Positions 36,501 to 49,200 of a stretch of DNA of 64,000 bases are shown here, in pieces. The stretch is from Balanoglossus misakiensis (lineage: Eukaryota > Animalia > Hemichordata). Both the position numbers and the translations under genes were made by a program. Within the stretch, counting starts at the first letter, position 1, and the number at the start of each line of letters is the position of its first letter. The stretch spans positions 2,936,513 to 3,000,512 of the forward strand of contig CM082588.2 in assembly GCA_040954595.2 (NCBI GenBank), in the 5' to 3' direction. Under the pieces are notes generated by a model, which saw nothing but the letters and a program-made list of their open reading frames with translations, was not told the origin of the DNA and did no database searches.

Positions 36501-39500
36501 GATAATGAATCAGTTACCATAGAAACACCCAGTATAATTCTCACAGTGGCGTTGATAAATCTAACAGATTTCGGTGGACTTTCATTCGCTGTCTCACAGA
36601 CTGGCCAGGTGTGTATCACACGTGTTTGTTATCATAATCACAACTTTTCATTTTCAAGAATGATGATTTCAGATGTGAGACAATTAATTGTTTTCAATAC
36701 GTATGATGAATCCCTCGAAAGACATTATTTCAATTTTATACATCACATACTTTAACCCTTGTTCCCTTTCGCCAGACTGGACTTTCAACAGAAGCCGATG
36801 AGTCACCGAATGATATCTCGTCATCAATACAACTTCCGTCATCATTATTTGAAACTTTCGACCAGACACCAAATGCAACATCACAAGCAGGAAGAGCTCA
36901 ATTTCACGTATACAAGTCCAATAAATTTTTCAAGGTAAGGACAGTTTCCAAACGAGCGTGGTATCTGGAGCTATAACGCGCATGGTACTGTCCAATAACC
37001 AGGGCCCTGGACCGCCTCGGACCAGTGAACGACGGCCATTTTGAGTTTATACTTTTCCCCAACTACAAATTTTAAGCGTGGTGTAGAATATGTATGGGAA
37101 CACGGATTCAGAGATTTAATTGGATCCCTGTCAATCTGTGCCCTTGACGGATAAACGACATTCTCACGCTGCTACACGTCTACCTCATTTCGTTTAAGGC
37201 TGTGGACGAAAGAACACCAACTGGTTTCAGTCCAGTGGTCGCTGCAAGTATCGGGAGGTCAAGAATCACCAACTTAAGGGAACCTGTCAAGATAAGACTA
37301 GCTCACCACAATTCGGTATGTTGGCTTGCTTTAAAGTCCTAATAGCTGCCACTTTTAGCATATTTTAAACATATTTCAATATTCTATAAGTATCGTATGA
37401 CACCATCTTATATGCATTCTTCGATTTCCGTACACAGTACAACAACACACTTAACATCAGCTGCGAATTCTGGGACTACAACCTTAACGGTGAGTTCGAA
37501 TTTCAATGTTCATAAATTGCTTTCTACATTTTATGCACGAGGGACATCCCAAATGCAGTTCTATCAAATCCATGTAGTAAATATGGGACTCGGTTCCCAA
37601 ACCCTACTGACGTCACTTGACTAAATATCTTACAATTTTTAGATTACGGTGGTGCTTGGTCTGATCGCGGCTGTGTTGTTTCAAGTGACACAGAAAGCGA
37701 TGACGGCAACGCTACTGTGTGCGAGTGTGATCACCTGACCAACTTCGCGCTTCTTGTCGTAAGTATTATAGTACAATGAAAAACACCAGAGAATATGTGA
37801 TCACACCGTGGGAACAAATAACAACTTTCCCTCAATCCATACCGCTAAAACTATTGGGTCACATATCTTATGGTTTACTTTTTCTCTGCAACATTAGGAC
37901 ATCTATGGTGATTCCAAGGAGTTGGACGCGTCCAACAAGAAAGCCTTGTCTATAATTTCATACATTGGATGTTTAGTATCCCTTCTGGCATTGACTGTGA
38001 CGCTTCTGAGTTTGCTAGCCTACAGGTAATACATGTATTGAAAGCAAAGAATCTCATTCTCTAATTCATGTTCACTTGTTTGAAGGGCTTGTCAGATTTA
38101 ATTGATTTAACAAGGTGTTATTTGCACGTGTGTGGTCAATTTAACTGGGGTCCTATCTGTCTATCGTTTAGGCGGAAGAAGGACAAAAACAGAAAGATTT
38201 TGCAGAATTTGTGTTTCGCACTCTTCATGGCGCTCCTGATGTTCCTGATTGGTTCGTTCGCCGTCGACTTTGCGCCAATCGTACCGGGGATCTGCATCAC
38301 CGTAGCCGTCTTGTTACACTACTTTCTATTGGCCGTCATGTTGTGGATGGCGCTGGAGGCGGCGCAGATGTATCTGATGCTGGTCAAAGTGTTCGAAACG
38401 TACATCACGCATTTCATGGTCAAGTTCTGTCTCATCGGCTGGGGTAAGTTTCAAAACACAAACTCTTGCAAGTTGCCATAACTGATGATTAGATGATGTA
38501 TTTTGATAAGCTGATTATATATGAGTTAAGAGCTTTCTTTTAATTCTAAATTGTCACGTTTCCCTGGTGATGGCCAATAAATCCGTCATGAAATTCCTGC
38601 ACCGTGGTTCTCTCATCGATGATTTATTCATACATTTTGTTTTCTTTTCTATTCTTCCTTAATCTATAGGTGTGCCATTGATTATTGTCGTCGTGACTAT
38701 TGCTGTCGATGTTGACAACTATGGTTACCACAACACCATGTACGTAGAAATTTATATTTTCAAAAAATTATGAAACATTTGACGCGAAAAATGTCCTATT
38801 TTTGCTTCCCAACAAACCTAACAGATGACAAGTTTCCTGTTCAAATACATTATTGGCCTTTTTGTCATATTACCAGTTGCTGGTTATCGAGATACCCGTT
38901 CTTCGGAGCATTCCTGGCTCCACTGTGTCTAGTTCTCGTCTTCAACACCATCGTCTACTGCCTCGTCATTTACCAAATATGCGGACTCAACTCCAAGGCG
39001 ATGACTTCAAACGAAAGGTTCAGCACTATGGCTCAGTTGAGGGCGGCAATCGGGCTGATGGTGCTCCTTGGTCTGACGTGGGTGTTTGCCATCTTCGCCG
39101 TTGGGGAAGCCAGCTTGCTGTTCAACTATCTGTTCGCCATATTCAACAGTCTACAGGGACTATTCATCTTTGTTTTCCACTGCGCAACGAAGCAAAACAT
39201 CCGAAACGGCTGGAGGAAGACTTTCTGTGGGGGCAAGGGAGCCGCGTACAGGAAAGATGGTATGTATGACGTGGCATCCTACCCAGGTGCCAAAAATTGG
39301 CTTTGAAATGTTCCCGAGATGCGTGCTACCTGAATTTCAATTTGAGGAAAAGAACCACGCGGATGTACAGAACCGTCCACAATATGAATGTATCGAACAA
39401 CAAACCTCATTCCTATATGTCTTCATGATTTTTACAGGACATGGAGATACTACTTCAAGTGTGTTGACAAGTTCAACTGGTGGTCTGAAATACCAGAGTG

Positions 39501-39932
39501 AAACGACAGACACCGATTTAAAACTCGGTATGTATTCAGAAACTCGGCTGCTGTGACGTCAAAGACATGAATGAAAACCGATAGCCCGAAACATTGGTCT
39601 TTAAAAGAACAATGTCGAGAGGGGATGGCAGGGAGGAAGGGAAGTAAGAGGGGAGAGCGAAAAAGCTCTTTACAGTAATACCTGGATACTACAACTTTCT
39701 CCAGTTGTTTTAAAAGCCAGAAGTGATTATAAAGTACAGTACAACTACTTCCCACTACTTTATATTCAAATAACATTCTTCAAACTAATTATATGTCACT
39801 ATCGCTTCACATATTACAGATCTTTCTACAACCACTTCAGGAGAGCAGACTTACAACGACAACGAGAAGGCGATGTCAACATTTAAAGAATATCCAGCCG
39901 CCATAGAGAACGAATACACATTTAGTAATTAA
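33507..39932 (+). CDS. Adhesion GPCR 3: SP-LRRNT-LRR-LRRCT-C-type lectin (non-EPN)-Thr-rich stalk-GAIN/GPS-7TM; about 18 coding exons
   Basis: Approximate exons: 33507-33781, 34017-34088, 34203-34367, 34519-34852, 35218-35291, 35670-35912, 36066-36297, 36458-36608, 36776-36934, 37199-37315, 37438-37489, 37643-37758, 37898-38025, 38172-38443, 38670-38739, 38877-39259, 39438-39527, 39820-39932. Motifs: VNCENMGLTEFPKQLP, NLTDNDITTI, GNPLNCTCDLMWL, FWIGCNDW...FRWID, CECDHL|TNFALLV, FNSLQGLFIFVFHC. Confidence 0.93.
35358..35551. mobile_element. Probable degenerate, internally deleted non-autonomous DNA transposon (Kolobok-like MITE) in an intron of adhesion GPCR 3
   Basis: Imperfect inverted ends: AGGCAGTCCACGCCTCG on the left and CGATTCGCGTACTACCT on the right; the flanks are only TTAA-like. 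Confidence 0.4.
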
Positions 39933-41471
39933 ATATACACATTGCAATTTTAAAGACTTTTACTTCGCGTCACTTAAGGATACTTCCAGTCAACGATGTA
40001 AATATTCTAACGAGAAACATGACAAACAACTGTCGTCTCTTTTACTTCGTGTCGACAGTTTAAAGTTCTATTTACTTATATTGATTTTAGTTTAGTGCAT
40101 TGGCTTTAAGTTGGCCATGAATTTCATTTTCTAAGCGTGCGGAATCTTATTTCCGTTAAAGATTTACATTTAAAAATATATAATGTCAAAAGACGATGCT
40201 GTAATCATCCTATATATTAAATGACATGCTTGCAGGACCCGATCAGCTGAGGCATAAGCCAAACAATACACCCAGTTTTGAACTTACAGTTAGAAACCAA
40301 ACTCGTTATTTTGTATGACAACCACGAATAAGTGCGATTGTTTGAACCAAACACCTTCTGTATGTTTTGTAAGTTTATAAATATATTACCTGAATTCAAT
40401 GAATAAAGTAACTTTTTACTGAACTTGGACGTACATGCAAATGTTTAGCTTTCCTGTCACACTAAACCATGTGGGCGTCAAGAGACACTGACCAGATCGA
40501 CCAAAACCACAGTCCAATATGGATAGTACATGCTGATGTCTCTGGTGAGAAAGTTTCTCCCCTAAGAAGCACTACAGTAAACACAAATGCGTAAGAAAAA
40601 AACACTGACCCGCACATAAATAATGCCGTGTAATTCAACATTGATTCACGGTTCAATGCCACCTACGTTGGGAAATGTAGACTGATGTTGTTTGAATATT
40701 ACTGGACAGGTGTGCGTGTGCCGGCGAGGGGGGGGGGGGTATGATTTCACTTGAAATCATGCTTTTCTCTATACAGTATAAAGTACCTTGTATATCCTTT
40801 TCGCTATACAATGTACTTTCTGCAGTGAACGTAACATAAGAGGTTGTGTACTCACTTACTGCTTGGCATCTTCTCCCGTCAAAGTGCTGGGGTACCGGTG
40901 GTCGAGCCTTCGATCCATGCGACGAGCGGACGACACACACAATCCTTATGAAATGGCACTTTCCTTCCACGCAGTCCCGGCACGGTAAATTTTTTCCACG
41001 AGAAGTTCTCCACAAAATCCGCGAACAAACGTTAATCCTCCTAAGACTCTACATCATACATCATGATGTTTTTCTATATCCATTTCTTGGTAAATTCCGC
41101 CGTTATCCGACACAGTGCTTTCACTGCGAAAGTGGTGACACTATTGACGTGACGAGCACAAAATTAGTGAAAGCACGTGGCGCGCCCCCTCTCATTGGCT
41201 GACAGGAAGGCATTGATGACACCGTGTGCTTCACCGTGATTGGTCATATTTTACACCAGGTGTTGCTGACGTGTCGGAAGCCGGATAATGCACAATCGTT
41301 CAGATGTTGGATGCCACTCGATCAGACGTGCGGTCATCGTGTCGTTCAACATCTGAACAATTGCCCACCACTTTATGCAGATTCTGAACAATAAACTTTG
41401 ATCTTTAGAACAATAGGCGGCCACGTCAGTTTACAAAAAGATAAAGACCACTTGAATGTTGTATATCAGCG

Positions 41472-41543
41472 TCCCATATGGTCTAGTGGTTAGGATTTGG
41501 CGCTCTCACCGCCAAGGCCCGGGTTCAATTCCCGGTGTGGGAA
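41472..41543 (+). tRNA. tRNA-Glu (anticodon CTC)
   Basis: 72-nt cloverleaf: acceptor stem TCCCATA/TGTGGGA, A box TGGTCTAGTGG, anticodon arm TGGCG-CTCTCAC-CGCCA, T arm CCGGG-TTCAATT-CCCGG, discriminator A. Confidence 0.96.
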
Positions 41544-41546
41544 CCA

Positions 41547-41554
41547 TTCTTTTT
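41547..41554 (+). terminator. RNA polymerase III terminator (oligo-T) of the tRNA gene
   Basis: TTCTTTTT immediately downstream of the tRNA. Confidence 0.75.
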
Positions 41555-41845
41555 AGTCTCCGCAAACAAATAGTTCCCCAGCATCACTTGATGTACTTCG
41601 CAATTCAAAATACGGCCGAATTTTTCCTCAATTCTATCTATGATAGTGCTTTTTTTAGTCCCCTTTTAGTTTAACATTTACCAAGATATTTATCAGAGTT
41701 TTAAAAAGCATCGCTTACTGTTTTTGAAATAACACATTTTCGCACAGGACAGTTGATCAATGCCCAGCTGATCACAAGAAAAGAACAAATAAACACTTTA
41801 AAGTTCTTCAAGCAGACCATAATGTGTCTGAAAACTAGAGTATTT

Positions 41846-41851
41846 TTTATT
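41846..41851 (-). promoter_or_regulatory. Candidate polyadenylation signal of the dynein gene
   Basis: AATAAA on the minus strand about 1.4 kb downstream of the stop codon, before the convergent tRNA gene. Confidence 0.3.
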
Positions 41852-43246
41852 CATTCAATTGAATATCAGAGAATTTAGTACAATGCAAATTTGATTATGA
41901 AAATAAAACTCTAACAGCTACATTCATTTCTGGAATGTACAAACGGTAATAAATTGTGAAAAGATGACAATAGTCAGCAGTAATCATTTTATATAATCAT
42001 TTACATGACTGTATGAGTTTGGACGGAAAGGTATTTTAGTCACACAACATATATGCTATACACAGATATATAAAAACAGAGAAAAGAATTGGTTACTTTT
42101 TCAGAAAAAATTGGAGGGGTTCATACTGACAAGAAAGTACCAATTTTGTTCACCCTAGTGCCTAATGGCATGTCTGGTAGACTTTATGAAATATAAGTAA
42201 TGTAAGATTAAACCTGGGATTCTTGGGGTGATAAGAGTTAATCCTGGTAAATTTGTCACTGTTTTAGGAATGTACAATACTGACCCTTACAATGCTGAAC
42301 CAGTAGTAACCTGTGCTACACATGCACACGATACTTCTGTTTCAGAAGAACAAGGGTAAAGTAAAAAAACTTCACGACTTCACATAAACGCGACCTTATC
42401 TTTACATCTGTACATGCGTCATTTTACAAAACCGTGCATCCATAGAAAAAAAAGCCTTACTCAGAAGCCCTTGGTATGGTATTTACATAACAGACGATTT
42501 TGTATGTACCCTTCCGATGATATTGGAATTGCTTGGGATTGCAACAATAGGCGCTTTTGGTGGGTGGTGATCTTTTATGGCTAGCTTGGGGAACTTGGGT
42601 ATTTTTTACACAGAGACAAATATACACCAGCCTTGGGAAACACGTAGCAGTTCTGACAAAGCTTTGGGTGAATGGTGTTTTTTTAAAGTGCAGTGTAATA
42701 CGTATACAGCATTGACAATCTCTCCTTTTTCGACTTTAGCATAATGTTATCTGCAAGCTTCAGTGAACTTCTGCAGTAGGTGTGTTTGTGACGTTGTCTG
42801 ACGTGAGGCCTTTTCGATTATTTCATAACTACGGAAACAGTTCCGTGGAAAAAAGCAGCCTGATAAACTCCATGACATCCTACGAGTGCATTATTTTTTC
42901 AGCTGTGGTCGTCATTTTTTTATATCAAAAGTGCGATTATCAGACAGAAATAAACGTCAGAAATAACACTCAGGTGGATCTGAACACACACAAGGGCTAT
43001 TAAAGGGAGTGATGGTAGTAGGGAGAACAGCCAAACACATGCTTGCATCATCATTGGAGGGGCAAAGGGGGGATATGTGCACAGTGCGTTTCAGTACATG
43101 CTTGCTAGCCATGCAAAGTTGTGAATACAATCACAGAAGGGTCCACACAGTCTGTGAAAACAAGACAAAAAAACAACCCAGACCAAGTTCTGGTCTGAAT
43201 GTGACAGAAGAGTGGGGGGGGGGGGGGTGAAAAAAACACTAAGGGC

Positions 43247-46200
43247 TTAGTAAGGCCTGATAGTAGCTGAGAGGCCACGCAAAGCCCATCGCTGCGCCGG
43301 TACACTGTCATGACGGACGTCCATCACCATGACGGGCTCCCTTGGACAGATCCGTGACGGGTATACCGGACAGGCGTACGTCTCAGCTGCTTTCTGTGGG
43401 TCGTTCAGTGCAGGTTTTTCACTCTGAGGCATGCACAAGACATGGATGATAGGCAGAGGAGTCGGACCATGCTTTGGCGGGGTGTCATGTAGTTCACCGG
43501 TTGTTTTCTCCCACGTACAGCCCCACATGTAGATACCGTGCACAAACATACCCTCTTGGGGCGGGTCTCGTACCTAGAAAAAGAGAAAGAGAGAGAGAGA
43601 GATGTCTCAGTTATGACTGACAGGCACAAAAAGTGTCCACAAAAAGTTTAAGCATAGACCCTGACACTCAGCTCCATAGAAGTGTGTCGCGGAGAGGTGA
43701 CTGGTCTAGCGGGCAAATCCATCTAAAATCTGAAACGTTCCAGAACCACTTCAACTGATCACACATAACAATTTATGCGAGTATCTGATCTGAGACGTTT
43801 CAGAAGCGTTTGTGTGTGAACCCCATACATGACAACAATACAGTAAACCAACTCACATGGTCTTTGTCCCTGGCGGTGATCTCAGTCTGGAAGACAAACT
43901 GCTCAACCTGGCTGGTCTGTGAGCCATAGATACGCATAGCATCTTGCTTCATCATGGCCAGTATCGCCTTGGGATAGAAGAAGGCACCCAACCAGAATGC
44001 TGGGAATTTCTCACGACCCTGTTGATACAAAACCAGGTGTACATCTTAGATTTGCACTAAACTGTTGTCAGGGAACAGTAATTTACATGTTCTTGCTTTA
44101 CTCACCAGAACAAGTATTCTCTCAAAGTGCTGGCATCTCTGAGTCAGGTCATTGAACCATGACCCCAGTGGCCAGTTCACTGGCGGGGCGGACTCTCCGG
44201 CCAGCTTGCGCCAGTGCTCTGGTATACGTTGGTGGTAGAGGTCATCAGCTATGGACAGGAGTTTGGCCGACAGTCTGTCCCCAAACAGACCAGTTGGATT
44301 CTCGGTCAGCTGTTTCAGAGTCTGTGAAGTACATGTAGGAATGTTAGGAATCAACCATCTTGGGGAGTTTTGTGTATTGGCAGACCGTACACCATCACAT
44401 TGAGGGACTGTTAACACAAACGTATGGCATATAGCATGCACCAGTTCAAACCCTACCTGCAAGGACAATCTGACCTCCCCCAGAAGTATAATCATCAGGT
44501 CTATCTCTCTCAGCATGAATCGGTTGAACGGTGTATCACCGCCAATCTTCTTGATTCTCTCAGCGATGTAATCCTGAGCAAAAAATCAAACATTGAGACA
44601 AAATAAGTAAACTCGACTGCATGTAGAAATATCTGATTCACTGTCATTTTCAAAAACATCAAGCAATATCAAACATGTATATACTATTATAACACAAGGT
44701 GGACATAGAACCAGTCCAACTGACACTGAAAATACTGAAAGTGGCACTGCATCTACTCTTTCAACCAAATGGCAAGACTGAAAACTGTACAAGGCAATAC
44801 ACAATGTGGACCAACTCATATAGTTCTACATACTCTATTCCATCCCCTTGGTAGTTTTGGAAGCAGCGTGTGACAGATCTCCCAGATTTCCGTCTCCTTG
44901 CGGTTCTTGGCTGCGGAGAAGCTGGCGCTCGCGTAGACGCCTTGCAGTGCCACGTCCAGGGCCATGGTGGAGGCCACTGATGTTACGCTTGCCAGAGATG
45001 GACCTGGAATTGGAAGATTGTATGTTGTGTGGGAAGAGATGGGGGAAAGTGTTTGTAATAGACTGGGCTTGGCTTATGAAGGTTTCACTGTGACTAAAAT
45101 GCAGAGAATTATAACAACTTCACATCTTTGTCTATAGGAGTTATGTACAGTTTTCATGGTGCACAGTAGTACAACAATTTTCCATTTTAAAGACAAGATG
45201 ATTTTATTTGAGTTTCATTCTTGAATGGAGTACAGCATGATGCCATTCTGTCCATTCAATTATATGATGACCTACCTGTCTGTGGTGTCGGAGGTCTCTC
45301 GATCAAAGCATGGCTGAGCGTGTTGGATTCTGGCATGGCATCAAAGATGGCGTTCAGTCGTGTGAACACATATTGGTCATCACCTAAGTTGGTCTATAAA
45401 ATCAGAAAAGTGTTTGCAGCCGTCAGTTTCCAGTAACTGAGGGACAATATACCAACAGTGTAGTACATACAGAGGAACACATCACATCTTAACTATGGAA
45501 GTTTTGTGACAAGTGTATTTGAGGTGAACCGGGTGCAATCTGAGACCCTCCAATCGTGAACTTGACAATCTCAATATGGTTGATCTTTCTGCTGTGCACA
45601 CAGTATGACATCTAGCACTCTCACTGTTGCCGTGACACCTGTTGTCATAGAATGGCAAGTCCTTAGCAACCACCTTAATGCTTTGCCTGTCCCCCACCAA
45701 CTCTGTATATGAACCATGATGACCGCAGTGAAACAAAATCCAGTGGTAACGATGAACGCTGTGAAGCCAATATTCTTTTAGCTCAGATACTGATATAATT
45801 GTAAAGAATGCTGACAGCCCCGTGCATTTACAAGAATAACATCAGTTAGTAGTGCTAGTAGCAAGCAAAAGAAACACATAAAAATAAGATAACGACAGTG
45901 TGCTTATTTCATATCTGTCAGTAGAAGTGTCGGTGAAAGACGAGAAAAAACTAAGTGTGCATGTACAAAGACAAATACAACATATACTACCCAGTGAGTA
46001 CAGTGCATGCATGTGAGATTTACTAATGTGAGGTGTAATGCTACAGACTGAAGCAAATGACACAAGTATGTGCGTCTCGGAGTGGATGAAAAATAAAAAC
46101 TGTTTACACCAGCCGTCTGTTTCTTACCATCGGTTTGGCTTCGTCCTATTCCACGGTGACAGAAGCAAAATTAAGAAACAAATCAAAATTGGTCACTTGT

Positions 46201-49200
46201 TGTCAGAATAAGCTGAAAACTCTTTATTTCCATCATAGTTAGGAACTGGTCAGATTTTATGTCTTTTACAATGATTTTTATTCGATATTGAATACAGCAT
46301 GCTTTAGTGGGTTGATGAGTCATAAATGGTGATGTATTCATTTCTTTATTGGAGAAATTTAAGGGAGCATATTTCAATCTAGGCATGGATGAATAGCAGG
46401 GGGATTAACACACATGATTATAACACATGCATTAATTTTAAACCACACATCAGCAGATTGGCGCATTAAACTTAGAATTAACTTAATTAATATACAAAGA
46501 GCATTCATTAGTACGTTTAAAATACTAAGATCAAATTATCGCACACCTTGATCAGACAAAATATGAAACTTAGCTAAGAATTATTATGAAAGATTTTGAC
46601 AACCTATACATTTAGACTACACATTTTTTATCATCGACTACCAAAGTTTGTAATTTTCTTCCTGTTGAAATGCTAATGATATTGATAATTGTATTCAAAT
46701 CAAATTCAAATTATAAACAACTCTGTTTATGTAATGATTCAAAGTGAATTCAATATATTACCCATAAACTATATCACTCTTACTTTAAATTGAAGTTGAT
46801 ATTTTATGATGACCTTACCAACTGTTTTTTTTTAAGTGTGTAGGTATGGATGTCTTACATTATGTAGAACACATACAACATATTTTTATTGTTATTTTGT
46901 TAAACACAAAACATACAGGTAGGATTGCATGCAAAAGTGTAATAATTTACCATAGATTTGAACGCCTACACACATCCCATGATGCATTATGATGATAATG
47001 ACAGATTATAAGTTCATTCATAAGTAATATAAAGCATACTTTGAAGACAATTTTACACATAAAACAATTTCTGTAATTCAGGCTAGTTATCATCATGGTA
47101 AATTGTGAATTTTTTTGCATTTCTCAGATAACCAGATTCCCTAAAGTTCCGTTCTTACCTCCATGGATGTGTGTATGCCGCATGCTTCCGGCACATCCAG
47201 AGCATGATTGGGAAGATTTTCCAGCGCCTGCAGGATACTGCTGATCCGGAGGTTGGGATTGAAGAATGCCGCTGGAATCTTGAACTTCACTGGATTGGGA
47301 AAGAATGCAGAATAAAAGAGCATGTGTGTTCACGAATGTATATGCAAGTGTATGTGTAAAGGGGAGACAAATTATCATCATCTTTTATATACTCACACTT
47401 GGTAGCTTCAAAGTCTCTCTTGACTGCATTGGGTCCAATCCAATACTCAATCAAAGCCGTCAGACTCTGCTGGTCAAACTCATCAGTGATATAACTGCCG
47501 TAGATGATCTCTGTCAGGATGTACCTGATTCCAATCCAGGATATTCCACGCAGTCCCTCACTGCCGTCCGGTTGTGGCATGTCTTTAAATGCGGCTGCAG
47601 CTACCTGAAGTGCTTCCTGTGTTGTTTCATAGAGACCATATTATTAGAGTTTAATCACTGGGTTAGTTTTCCTTGAAATAGGTTGCGTGTTATCCAAAGA
47701 CACTCACATTATCACACAACCACGGTGATCAAAATTTACCATCCTCTTTTTCAAATGAATCATGCAAGGGAAACAGTAACATACAACACCCTGCCTATCG
47801 CTCAGGATATTCACTAAACTCCATACTTACAAATAGCTCGGTACTGCTGAAGTCCATATCATAGGGTCTGTTCCATCCAGATCTGCCGAATCGAGCCCTC
47901 AGTCTAATGGCACCGTGCAACATACACAGGTTGTGTACCATCGGGGCCCATTCGGATCGGGAGTTGGATTTCAGCGTGTCGGCGTCAATCACTGACAGAG
48001 AGCGGACCATGTTGTCCTTCATAACCTGGGGATAAAGAAACGACAGTGTTAGGTTGGTCTTACAGTGGATGCTGCATAAAGCCTGTATTAGATTACATAT
48101 TGGCCCAGATTTCTCCTTATACTACAACATTATCTAGAGCAAACTTTCAAAGCTATACATGGTTCCTAAGCAAGCTAAATGCAGTGGTAACATTAAGAAT
48201 AAGAGGTATAAACAACCCCATCTCTGTCAAATTACCCTGGGACAAAGTCTGCCATTATTGTCAGAAATAAAAGACAATGTTTACATCAGATACTAATAGA
48301 AACACATGGCATCATGGGTGCAAATCTTGGTCATTCATCAACAACTTACGGGGGTACAAGGTGAAGTTGCAGAGTTCTCATGTTTTTTCACTGTACATGT
48401 ATTAAGTCATTTGTAAACCTATACAGATAATCTGGGGTAAAGGGATGAATGCAATCTTCCAAGACTTGCAAACACATTCACTGGATTATAAAATCTCATT
48501 CCTGTCAATCTGTCAACCCAGAAGTCAGTGGTACAGTCCATCTGTTCAGGAAACATGCAAGGGATTTTGCATGACGGTGGAATCGCTGGGGGTGGTCAGG
48601 TGAAATGGCAACAGGGGAGGAGTTCAAAACCTTGCATGCAGTGGTTTTTACTGCAACCTGTGATGATGCACACTTCAACTTACTCCTTTCAGTGGATTGG
48701 ACCCTCTCCTGACTTTCTCACTCAAAAACAATTTGACAAATTCCTGTATTGTGTGAAAGAGGTTAGTCTTGCAAGCATTTTGAACATACAACTGTTGTTA
48801 TACACAATTAGGGGAAGGACATCAGAGACATCCTGAATCAAGATGTCAATTTAATATGCTTTTAGGCCATTTGATCATACATGTACATATATAATTAAAC
48901 CAGTGGTTACTAAAGTATACCTTCAGCTCATTGCAGTTTACTATCAACAGAAAGTTTATAAGGCAACGTTGAACTGTAACTTTTCACGATTATAAGTTTC
49001 AGCCGATGGGTCTTTAACCCTTTCACCCCCAGTTCCCTCTTTAGAAGTCCAACCGTACCATAGGAAACAATGGGCTTGGACTGAACCATGGTGGTGAAAG
49101 GGTTAAAGATTTAAAGCACACAAGAACACAGCAATGGAGACAAAGAACCACAAGTATACTACAGATTGCACTACATGTCCCACCACATGCAGTGTGTGAC

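Noticed and set aside
41456-41674. 72-aa ORF spanning the tRNA
   Set aside because: Spurious translation of the tRNA gene.
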